Source: Stramenopiles sp. TOSAG23-2 (taxonomy: Eukaryota). Taken from it: a stretch of 36,800 bases of DNA. A model generated the notes under the pieces. The model did no database searches. It had not been told where the DNA came from and saw only the letters and a program-made list of their open reading frames with translations. Of the stretch, positions 1 to 10,500 are shown in pieces (the first letter of the stretch is position 1; the number at the start of each line of letters is the position of its first letter). The stretch is from positions 1-36,800 of the forward strand of contig LT649333.1 in the NCBI GenBank assembly GCA_900128395.1, written 5' to 3'. The position numbers and the translations under genes are program-made.

Positions 1-653
1 GCAAGATATTAATACCCTCATGCAAGGGTTGTTCGGGCTAGATTGAGCAGAAAGTATCAAATATGCCTAAAAATAATCAAACTTTTGTAACGAACGCACG
101 AACGCTCATAAATCCGGTTTCTGAAAAAAATATGTTTGACATACATCAAAATATCCGAATGAGGTGTTCGTATCGGACTTTTTATTTGAAAGGCCATGCT
201 TTGAAAATATGCATTTTTCCAGGTGTCTATTGACAATTCCAGCTCGAATCCACTATTTTGAGGCCTGGTTTAAGGATTTTAGCTGAAAAAGTTCGATGAG
301 TTTGATTTTGGCGTTGGGAGTTTTCGGTAAAGTGGAGCCATGCTATGTAGTGCTAATTCCAACTTTACGGCGAACTTTGCGGCTATTTTTTGTAGGAATG
401 GTCAAAACCGCCTTCTATTCCCCTGGTAGCCGAAAAAGTCGGGAACACAGCATAGCTAAAATGGTAGTTCATCATTTGTATTCCATTTGTAATGTAGCAC
501 AAAAAAAAATATTAATTTAAATATTTTATAAATATCAAACATTACTGTATACTGGTATACGTCGACACACGTGTATAAATATAGATAATATATATAGAAG
601 AACACATATAAAATAAATATTGAACCCTCTCTTTTTTTCTTCCAAATTTTATC

Positions 654-3323
654 ATGGAAATTGCAAAAGAATTACGTGCAATAATTGCATCAGCTGAAGA
701 ATTAAAAAGTACTTTACAAAAAAATAGTGAAAATATACAAACAAAGACCTCTAACGTAACAAAAGATTTAACTATTAAACTTTCTAATGTCAGAGATAAT
801 GTCGAGCTTCTAAATATAGAATATAACAAATCGCTATCTCTAAATGCAACCAACATATTGACGCTAGAAGGCGTGTATGAAAATGAAGTAAAAGAGCAGG
901 AACGGGCTAAATATATTGAATTGTTCTTAAATACACAAAGCAATAAAATTAGTAAAAGATACAAAGCACAACAATGTTACATTGGAAATGATATCTTGTT
1001 TTGTAAAAGCGTGGTCAATTATTTCTGTGAATTGATTCATGATACCATGGCGCATATATACGACGAGCAAAATGAAAATAGAGAACACGAGATACAAGTA
1101 TTTCAAAATTGGTTGGAAAACAATGAAATTGTAAAGTTTATACAATTTATATCAGATGAATTTCTATGTCCAAATGAAATATATAGAAACAATATGAAAA
1201 GTATAATAAAGAATAGTTGGTCATTAAAAATGTTATTGGCATTAGATGAACATATTATTCATAATAATAATATAGAAATTGATGATGATATAAACAACAA
1301 TAATGATAAACAATATAACAAAAACATGATAAATTGCCTCAATAAACGAAGCGATTTATTTAAATATATCTTTGGTACAAATTATATATTAAAAGGATGT
1401 CACATTGTTGAAATAGTCATCAATAAATTAAATAATTTTAATGATAATGTATTAGTAGTTGAAACAGGTCGTTCAAATGTAAATATGATAAACAAGTTAA
1501 AGCGACATTTGTGGACATCTATTATTGATGTTTATAATAATTTTATAAATGATTTTAAAGATACATTTTGGAAATCAATAATTTTTCAAGAAACATTTGA
1601 TATGATAAATAATATGCCATATAAATCTTTTCAATTTCCAACAAGTACAATTAACAAGAACGACCACAGTAATAATAATAGTAATAATAACATTGGGGAA
1701 AATAAGAAGAATGGAAGAAACAATAGTACTACTCGAAATTCTATGAAAAGCAATAAGAATGATTTAGATTATGTAAATAAGCAACATCAACGATTGAAGC
1801 AAATACATGCAAAAATGAATGTAACAAATGCTGGTAATAATAGTAATTTTAATACTATAAATACTAATAATAATGACAGTAGTGGTGTTACTAACAACGA
1901 TGAAGACTTGATTGAAACATTAAGAGCATTAAAACGCATTGAAATGGAGAAAAACATTCTTTTAAATAATACTGCAAACAACAATTCAAAGAGAAAAAGA
2001 AATTATAATAATAAAACATCGTTTAAAAACAGTAAAGATTTCGACGTCATATCATATATACCATCTTGCATTATATTAGTCGAATCTGGAAAGGAAATTT
2101 TAAAATTGATTTATGCATTTGTAAATAATAATATTGACTCAATTATGTTGCTAAAAGTAGTAAATGAAACCATTAGCAGTAAAAATGATCGTAATAAGCG
2201 TATTATATTATCATCATCATCCCCACCACCACCATTGTCGAATGAATTGACGGAAGATCGTGTTAGTATGATAGAGACATTATTAAAATCATGGTTTCAA
2301 ACTGTATCCTATTGTTTAGATGCTTTGTGTAGCTATTTGACTGGTATTGGCCATGATGGTTCAACAACAGCAAGTGGTGGAGAGCAGCAGAAACCAAGTC
2401 AACATGTTGAAGTCTCTAAGCGTTTAGAAGTCATATTTAGCGTTAAATGGGTAGTTGAACGTATGGTTGAGATGGAACAAATGGTGAATAAATATAAATC
2501 CTTCATATATAATGGCCAACATCGAAACACTATAAGCGTAACGAATGTTCTTAAAGAATGTGAAAATCGATTTTTTCATAATACAATAAACAGTTTAACA
2601 ATAGAAATTGTACGTGAGTTGTGTGAATATCATTTGGTATTAGATGTATTTACATATTCTACCATGCCTGATGCAGAATTTGTTGCGATAAATAGTAATC
2701 ATGATAATAACGTTCATGGCACTTCTTCTGATAATGATAATAATAAAAGTAATAAAATGGATAATAAAACATTTAAAGAGCAGGTTATAGATCAAGGCAA
2801 ATATGATAGGGCTACACCAAGTGGGTTGATGATTGCATCTTTAGAATGGTTAAAGTATGTAAAGAAAATTATTTTAAATGTGTTTCCCAAAGGTAGCGGT
2901 AATAATGCAGGACAAAATATTTTACATAATGTATTATTACAAACATTTCAATCTATGTTAGAACATCCATCATGGGAACATTTAAACGTCGCATCTATTG
3001 GAAGTGAAAGTGAATTAAATAGCATACAAGAGCGTTTATTATTAGATTCGCATGTTTTATTGTATAGCATGATATATGATGAAGATATAGATGATGGCGT
3101 AGCTACAAATCATGGTGGTGATAATATGATGAAAGATAGTATGAAAGATAAAAATAGTATGAATAATAATATCAATTCTGCTGCTATAAATGCCGCAAAT
3201 AAATTATTTCGTAAATGTAAAAATTTGAATTTGAATCAAACATATTTTTGGGAAAATAATGATCCAAAATGGTTTCAAAAATTACCAAATTATTATGAAG
3301 CAGTTGATTGTGATGAGTTGTAG
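654..3323 (+). CDS. 889-aa helical protein with poly-Asn inserts; possibly a CATCHR-fold tethering subunit (exocyst Exo84-like)
   Basis: Long ORF with an N-terminal coiled-coil-like segment. The C-terminal PSGLMIASLEWL...HPSWEHL...SIG...QERLLLDSHVL resembles, from recall, the Exo84 C-terminal pattern PS...L...FW...LG..GLQQF.LD. The ORF is certain; the family call is weak. Confidence 0.4.
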   Translation: MEIAKELRAIIASAEELKSTLQKNSENIQTKTSNVTKDLTIKLSNVRDNVELLNIEYNKSLSLNATNILTLEGVYENEVKEQERAKYIELFLNTQSNKISKRYKAQQCYIGNDILFCKSVVNYFCELIHDTMAHIYDEQNENREHEIQVFQNWLENNEIVKFIQFISDEFLCPNEIYRNNMKSIIKNSWSLKMLLALDEHIIHNNNIEIDDDINNNNDKQYNKNMINCLNKRSDLFKYIFGTNYILKGCHIVEIVINKLNNFNDNVLVVETGRSNVNMINKLKRHLWTSIIDVYNNFINDFKDTFWKSIIFQETFDMINNMPYKSFQFPTSTINKNDHSNNNSNNNIGENKKNGRNNSTTRNSMKSNKNDLDYVNKQHQRLKQIHAKMNVTNAGNNSNFNTINTNNNDSSGVTNNDEDLIETLRALKRIEMEKNILLNNTANNNSKRKRNYNNKTSFKNSKDFDVISYIPSCIILVESGKEILKLIYAFVNNNIDSIMLLKVVNETISSKNDRNKRIILSSSSPPPPLSNELTEDRVSMIETLLKSWFQTVSYCLDALCSYLTGIGHDGSTTASGGEQQKPSQHVEVSKRLEVIFSVKWVVERMVEMEQMVNKYKSFIYNGQHRNTISVTNVLKECENRFFHNTINSLTIEIVRELCEYHLVLDVFTYSTMPDAEFVAINSNHDNNVHGTSSDNDNNKSNKMDNKTFKEQVIDQGKYDRATPSGLMIASLEWLKYVKKIILNVFPKGSGNNAGQNILHNVLLQTFQSMLEHPSWEHLNVASIGSESELNSIQERLLLDSHVLLYSMIYDEDIDDGVATNHGGDNMMKDSMKDKNSMNNNINSAAINAANKLFRKCKNLNLNQTYFWENNDPKWFQKLPNYYEAVDCDEL

Positions 3324-3699
3324 AAGTGTGTGTTTTTTAACAGTGTAAAAATACGTTTCTCGTAAAAGAGAGAGTGTGGGAGGTGAGTGGGAGAAATGAA
3401 TTAAAGTATCCTTTTTGTCTTTTTATTTTAAATATTTAAATATTGCCATATATATATATGTGTTTTTCTCTTACTCATATATATATATAATTATATAAAA
3501 GTAAACAATTAATTTATATTAAAAGTAAACTAAATTATAAATATACACATCACATGTACATACTTTTTACTTTTTGGACCCATTTTTATAATTCATATAA
3601 CCGAGAACACGAAAAGTACGAAGTGTACGACCGACTCGTATATTATATTTCTTATACGCACACTCTCACCCTCTCTTTTACGCTTTTTTTTTTTTTTTT

Positions 3700-5511
3700 T
3701 TACATAGTACTATCATCATCAGCTGTACTCCCAGTTGAAGCACGTCCACTTTGACTTGACCTAAATTTTGATACAGGTGCTTTAATATATACTTTTGTTC
3801 CATATTGGACAGAGACATTGTCCATGTATTTGGATGTACGACTAATACTTTCCTCTGCTTCATTCAATTTTTTATGACTCTTAATTAAAGATTCATGATT
3901 ATATCTGTTCAATGATTTTTCTTTCCAACTTGATCTTCTTCTAGTATTTTTTTTTTGTTGGGAGTATCGCTTTCCTTCTTTAGTCGATGATCCTTTTTTC
4001 AGATATGAATGTGTTTTTGTAAATGGTGGAGATGGTGTACGATCAAGAACTTTTTTAGGGATTGGAGTCGTAAATGCGCTATGATTTTTATTTCTTTTTT
4101 TCTTCTTTTTTGCTGTAGATTTTATCATGTTTTTACCTTTCTTAACACTTGTATTGCCGTTTATTCGTCTATAGTTATTTGATTTTCTAATACTACTATT
4201 GATGTTACTACCAGAAGTTGTAGTTGATAACAATTCTTCTCCTGATGATATTTTTTGTCTACTAGCTCTAGTAGGACTAGTATTTCCAGTACTGGCTACG
4301 TTACCATCATTATTTTCTCCTTGTTGTTGTTGTTCTTCTTCTTCTTCTTCTTGTATTCTATTTGATATGCCATTTTGTTTTTCAACTGTATTGTTTTTAT
4401 CTCGCTTTAAAGACTTTGATGAAGATCGATTTTTCTGGTCTATTTCTATCTCTATTTCTACTTCTTTTTGTCTTTTTTTCTTGATGGAATTAATATTTTT
4501 TCTCATTGACTTCATGCGTTGACGTTTACTAGTACTTTTAATAGGTGTATCTAAATTATCATCATACAATGATACATCAGATAAATGAAGGGGGTAATCT
4601 TCTAATTGATTTTTTGTAGTATGATTAATAACCATATTCATTGCATTACGATGTTGTATTTCATATAATTTTTTAACACCTGATCCGTTAAATATTGTTG
4701 GCCATGAATCCTTTTGTTCGGGTGATACAGCTCTTGAAATTTCATTATTGACATATTTAATTTTTCCAGTCAAAAAATTAGATATAAATTTTGGATGATA
4801 TGCACTATCTTTATCAAAACATTCATTAATTGGAAATTGCTTAATATTAATCATTTTTTTATAAGTGCTACTTGGTTGTGATTTATCATTGTTTTCTATA
4901 GCATTATTTATTGCCGTTGTTTTTTTTTCCTTTGTCTCTTCCTGTTTTTCATTATTATTAATATTATTTTTTGTCCCATTATCACCATTGTTGATATTTG
5001 TTGTTATTTTATCTATCGTTGTCTTCTTCTTTTTATCTGAATCATTTCTTTGGGGTGTTGCATCAACTTTTGATAAAGTAGTAGTAGTATTATTGTTCTT
5101 TTTCGTACTATTGCTTTTAATTTTTTTAACAAGTCTTTTTCTCGACGATTTCTTCAATTCTGGTGTCAATAAAAATGATAAATCTTCTTCTTCCTCTTCA
5201 ACATCATCTTTTTTATTATTATTATTATTATCATCATCTTCAAAACCTGGTATTCCATCTAAACTTAAATCATCATTTAATAACGTACCAACAGAGGCAG
5301 GTGATTTTAAACCAGGTGATTCAAAGGTTGATATATTGAGATTGGTTTTGGCATTATCATTATTATTTACTTTATAATTATCCTCTTGTTCTTCCTCCTC
5401 TTGATGCGTCGGACTAGGTGTCTTAGTAATACCAATACTATTAATTTTTGCTTCTAATCTAGCTAAAAAATCGTCAGATGAAGTTGCATCATCTGTTCCA
5501 AAGTATGCCAT
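3700..5511 (-). CDS. 603-aa hypothetical low-complexity protein (Lys/Asn/Ser/Glu-rich, likely disordered)
   Basis: Long ATG-initiated ORF with Asn/Glu/Gln runs, several S/T-P sites and basic clusters (KKKKKRNK). No recognisable domain. Confidence 0.75.
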   Translation of the reverse strand: MAYFGTDDATSSDDFLARLEAKINSIGITKTPSPTHQEEEEQEDNYKVNNNDNAKTNLNISTFESPGLKSPASVGTLLNDDLSLDGIPGFEDDDNNNNNKKDDVEEEEEDLSFLLTPELKKSSRKRLVKKIKSNSTKKNNNTTTTLSKVDATPQRNDSDKKKKTTIDKITTNINNGDNGTKNNINNNEKQEETKEKKTTAINNAIENNDKSQPSSTYKKMINIKQFPINECFDKDSAYHPKFISNFLTGKIKYVNNEISRAVSPEQKDSWPTIFNGSGVKKLYEIQHRNAMNMVINHTTKNQLEDYPLHLSDVSLYDDNLDTPIKSTSKRQRMKSMRKNINSIKKKRQKEVEIEIEIDQKNRSSSKSLKRDKNNTVEKQNGISNRIQEEEEEEQQQQGENNDGNVASTGNTSPTRASRQKISSGEELLSTTTSGSNINSSIRKSNNYRRINGNTSVKKGKNMIKSTAKKKKKRNKNHSAFTTPIPKKVLDRTPSPPFTKTHSYLKKGSSTKEGKRYSQQKKNTRRRSSWKEKSLNRYNHESLIKSHKKLNEAEESISRTSKYMDNVSVQYGTKVYIKAPVSKFRSSQSGRASTGSTADDDSTM

Positions 5512-6021
5512 CTTTTTCTATTTCTATATCTCTTTTGTAACAAAATAAAAATGATGGCAGTTCTCTATTTGTTAATAACCTTTATGTATGTCTATAACAT
5601 TGACAATATACCAATAAGAAGTAGTATCAATTAAAATTATATATACTATAGAAAAATTGTTATTTATATTAATTATTAATAGACTATATAATGTTTTTTA
5701 ATAAAGTATACCTGCATGTATATATTTTTTTTATTTTTTTTTTTTTTCCTAATATGTAACGTTCTCCGCAGGTATTATGTATTGATGTTTGATTCCCTTA
5801 ATAATAAATCGAAAGGGTATGTTTAAGGTGAAAAGTGGTGTTTTTCCAACAACATTTTCCACAAAATTTATTTATTATATTATTATTTTATTTGTATAGA
5901 GTTGCTATATAATTTATTATAATTTCAATAAATATCTTTTTTTTTACACACATTCATTATTAACATTCATTTCCAAATTACCTGGATTACGCACACAGCA
6001 CACACAACACACATACAAATC

Positions 6022-6768
6022 TTAAGTCGACGTACAAAGCTTGGAAACTTTTCTTATAAAAAATTGAAAAGCATGTAATACATTTGGATTTGTAACATTA
6101 ATTTCATGCCCACCTTCATGTGGTTTACAAATAAAACTACCTTCAAATTGCTTTGCCAAATTGTTTGATTTTTCATGTTGAATAATAACATCTCCCAACC
6201 CAAATACATGAAATGATGGACAGACATTGTTATTGGCTTTGGATGACGATAAATCATTGATTTTTTTTGCCATTCTTTCATTATTCGGTATGAATCCAGA
6301 AATGCAACATGCAAATTTAAACCATGTTTTTTTTCGAATAGCTTGTTCTGCAATTAACATTCCAACCATAGCAGCTCCTTGACTAAATCCAATAATTCCA
6401 TCGAAATGTTTTATATTATTTTTTTTTGGTTCTTTTTCCAATATATGAATCAATTGTTTTAAAGATTCATTATATCCCTCACCTTGCATCGATGGATTCA
6501 TAGACCACCATGCATTACCAGCTGAACTGCCAAACATCAATGCCAAAAGTTGCGGTACATCATGCATTCCATTTACAAAATGTAATTCACATGTTTCATT
6601 TAAACTATCAAAAAGAGGTGTAATCTGTTCTTTACAACTTTCAGCGGTGGAGCCAAATCCATGTAGAATTAATATTTTTAATGACGTTTGTTTCTTCTTG
6701 AATGTATTTTTATACAACAATTTTAATCTTGTATATTGCTCATCATATCTTATAAATTTTTTCTCCAT
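6022..6768 (-). CDS. FSH1/OVCA2-family serine hydrolase (alpha/beta hydrolase)
   Basis: ILILHGFGST oxyanion segment, AWW, FDGIIGFSQGAAM nucleophile elbow, HVFGLGDVII (Asp) and HEGGH (His) give a full triad typical of FSH1. Confidence 0.92.
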   Translation of the reverse strand: MEKKFIRYDEQYTRLKLLYKNTFKKKQTSLKILILHGFGSTAESCKEQITPLFDSLNETCELHFVNGMHDVPQLLALMFGSSAGNAWWSMNPSMQGEGYNESLKQLIHILEKEPKKNNIKHFDGIIGFSQGAAMVGMLIAEQAIRKKTWFKFACCISGFIPNNERMAKKINDLSSSKANNNVCPSFHVFGLGDVIIQHEKSNNLAKQFEGSFICKPHEGGHEINVTNPNVLHAFQFFIRKVSKLCTST

Positions 6769-7522
6769 TTTTATTTGTTATTTTATTTTGTATGTACATA
6801 ATGTATATTCCGTCTCCTCTAGACACTCTTAATTTTCCTATATGATATACTTTCTTTCTTCTTTTCAATAATAATCGCACACACTGCCACACAGGACTGG
6901 CCTGCCTCCTTAAGGATAGCTGGTTAGCTGGTAATAGCCTGGTTATAGCTCTAGCTCTATCTAGAGCCTGATGGCTCTATAGCACAATCCGTGGTTAATT
7001 AATAATGAGTATTCGTGTAGCAATAAATTATAACACCTAGCCCGGCTAGTATTCCCATACTAAATCAACCGGTGAAAATTTCAAGATCTGGGAGATCTCG
7101 TTTATTCAATTTACAATGGTATTTGCTCTATAGCTTACCTATTCTAGAACACAGAAACAAATTAAAATACTAATATCCTCTACTTCAAATACTGTATTAA
7201 TTAGCGACTGAATAGCAGTATTCCAGCAGCGCTAGACGCTAGACGCTAGATTTGAAGATAGAATCCATTCAAATTTTAATATATACCAATATAAATACAC
7301 AATACATCATGGTTTATTGTTGGATTTATATATTGATGTGTGCATGTGTTGAGGAGATACAATTTTAGAACAATATATATATATATATATATATTATATT
7401 CATATTTATTTCCATTATATATACATACATATATACATAAACTATTCCAAAAAAGAAATAATAATAATAATTATCATTCAAAAAAGAAAAAGTAAAAGTA
7501 GTACAGCATTATTATCAACAGC

Positions 7523-10500
7523 ATGAGTGATAATAAAGTTACTATGGTTGATAATCCAATGAAAGACGGGAAAAACATTGAACTGACTAATGCTAACAAT
7601 GATGACGACGATGATGGTATATTCGACGAAGACGTTGTTACTGTTGATGAGGATACCCTTGGAGAAGAAATCAATATTGAGAAAAAAAAATCATTAAAAC
7701 ATACTATGACCATGGGTGGTCATGATGGCATACCACTTGGTTTTAAAATTCAAGATATTATGGACGACTTAAAAAAAAGACCTGGAGACGACGATAAAGA
7801 TCAGCTATTAATTAAACTGTTATCTGATGCGGACAAAGATGGCGATGGCGTCGTTACTTTATGGGAATTGACTGAAATGGCCAAGGTATTAGAAGCGGAC
7901 GAGAAAAAAATAAAAAGTTTAAAATTGATAATTGCCCTTACGTGTTTTGCTTTTCTGTCTGTATGTGGAATACTCATGGGTCTAACTATTGCTGGCATTG
8001 AAATTACGAAGGAGACGAGAGCAGTAGGTAATTCATTTCAAGTTGTTCCTGGTTATACGTTAACACCACGGACAAAATCACAAACAAGACGGCTTGATGC
8101 TAATGGCCGCAAATTACAACAAGTCGATGCAGCAGATATGCAACAGGGTAACGGAGTAAAAATTAAATGCAATGAACGTACTCTGTTACCATTAGGTTGT
8201 CCAGACGATGCGTGGTATTTGGATCCAACGCATTACCAACACGATCCAAACACATTTACAGAAGCTGATGTTGAAGCTAACATTGAAAAGGACGAAAATC
8301 TATGGCAATCAACTTGTGAAAAGATGCAGTTTTGCATAGATGGATCTGAGCCTTACTTAGATACGCAGTCAATGACCCAACAGAATTTTCAAGAGACTGG
8401 GGACAATCGACAAACTCAATCTCAATTTAATGCTCAAACAATTACAGAAAAAAAATGGAAATTTAAAGCGACAGCATGTTTGCCGAATAACGTTTTAGAC
8501 AGTATTGCCGATATTAGTTTTAAACGAACCTGTAGCAGTGGTAGTGGTTGGCAGCAACCACAAGAATTTGCTTTATCCATTTCGAGCGTTGAAGTCCATG
8601 TTAATCCACCAGAAGTTATCTTTCAAACTGATCAAGGCGCTGTGAAATTACAAGGCTTAAACGATATTCTGGTTCCATGGCAAAATTGGAATGTTGATTC
8701 GCCTACGTTTCTAACTGATGGAAGCGAATGGTTGCTGAAAGATACGGTTGATTATAATTCTGGTTGTAACGTCGAAACCATTTTATATGCAGATGAGCTC
8801 CCACAAGGTATGCAATGGACGGCAGATGAGCAAAAATGCCGTGAAGCCGGTTCAAGCAGTAATATTGTAGGAAATACTGTTAATGATGAATATGTCGTAA
8901 TCTATGAAGAGTATACGAAATGCGATCCGGTCGCCGATGCATCGAATCCATTATGCCAATCTTATCCATTTGCGCTGAATGCAAAATACAAAAAGGTTCC
9001 ACATGTTTTGTATCATGTATTTAATACACATGATGAAATCGTAACGTTGTTAAAGAAAACCCAATATGATAATACTTTACAAAAAAACATGGAGACGATT
9101 GAAGTTAAAAATATTGAATTAGGGAAGAAATTGGAATATGTAATGACCCCAGAAAATTTCCGTAATTTTTCTAAAAAAGCTAAATTGAGTACAGATGGCC
9201 GTGTCATTATGAATGTTACAAATAAAAATGTTCTTGAATGTGAATCGCACCAACATTTAACTTTAACCAATCCGACGTATGAAAGGGGATGTGGTAATTC
9301 TATTTTAATACAAGACAATGCGCATGATGGCACTGATAATAGCGTGCGGAGGAGATTGACTCACGATTCTCATCGCATACGACGCCGTGGTTTGAAGATG
9401 AATGCCCGTCACCATAAGTATACTTCAATTGATGTTAATTTGTTGAATAAACATGCTTTACAGCATCCAAAGCGAAAAAGTGTTCATCGTATAAATCATA
9501 TTAAAAAATGGAAGAAAAGACAACTGAACCAAGCTTTCAAATTGGAAGTTAAAGCTGGAGATACAATAAGTAATAACAAGGATAGATTTTTGATTATGCC
9601 TTCGGTACATGTACAAGATTATTTAGATAAATATCGTCCAATAAAAGTAATGGTAGATAACGATGGGATTGTGAAAGGATCAAAAGTAAAATCACCAACA
9701 TCAACATATCGATGTTTAGATGGTATTCAGAATGGTGACGAAACAGATATTGATTGCGGTGGTACTACATGTCCACGTCGTTGTGCAGTTGAACAAAAAT
9801 GCAAAAGAGATTTTGACTGTGGGAGCAGTATGTGCGATGAAGGAAATAAACTATGCAGTGTCGATGATTCGCCGAAAAGTATTGTAGAGCGAAAAGCATT
9901 CGTGAAAAACCATCAGAAAGATCAACATGAGAAAGACTTTATTTCTAGCAAAAGTAAAAGAAGAAAATTTAATCCGTTTCGTCGTAGACTTGGCGGCAAT
10001 CCGAGTCCAATACCAGAACAGGACCCATTTGAATCGATCGGTGGTATTGCAAGTAATGGTGTCCCATTAATTGGCCATGATGCAAAAATTCTTGTCCAAG
10101 TATATAGTTGGAAAAATATGAATGCAGAAAATGCATTAGATCAAAGTTTGTTTGAACATTGGTATAATACGAAGGTGAATGAATGGTTAAGTTGGGCAAG
10201 TTATGGCAAATTTGGTGTCAAACCGACTTTTATTTATCATGAACATACTATGCACTCGGAAAAAGATAGTAATGGTGATTGCAACACTGAAGGTCTATAT
10301 CACTATTCAAGCGATAATAACATTGAAAAAGTATACAGCGATAATAATATTAAAGAAAAAGATTTCCATGTTGTTGTTCGTATTTATTATACTAAAGAAT
10401 GCAGTCCTATGGCTGGTGCTGCCGGAAGTGTAAATCCTGTACGTATAACAATGTCACATCGTAACACCACAGGTTACTGGAAAAATGCAAAGACATATAT

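Noticed and set aside
296..520. 74-aa ORF
   Set aside because: Short, with no recognisable motif; not supportable as a gene.
4199..5377. Hydrophobic plus-strand ORFs that look like membrane proteins
   Set aside because: Antisense of Lys/Asn/Glu-rich coding sequence, which produces Phe/Leu/Ser artefacts.
5518..5712. Possible 5'-UTR intron of the 603-aa gene (minus-strand CAG|GTATAC donor, TAG acceptor near the ATG)
   Set aside because: Such sites occur by chance in AT-rich DNA and there is no reading-frame constraint to test it; it needs RNA-seq.
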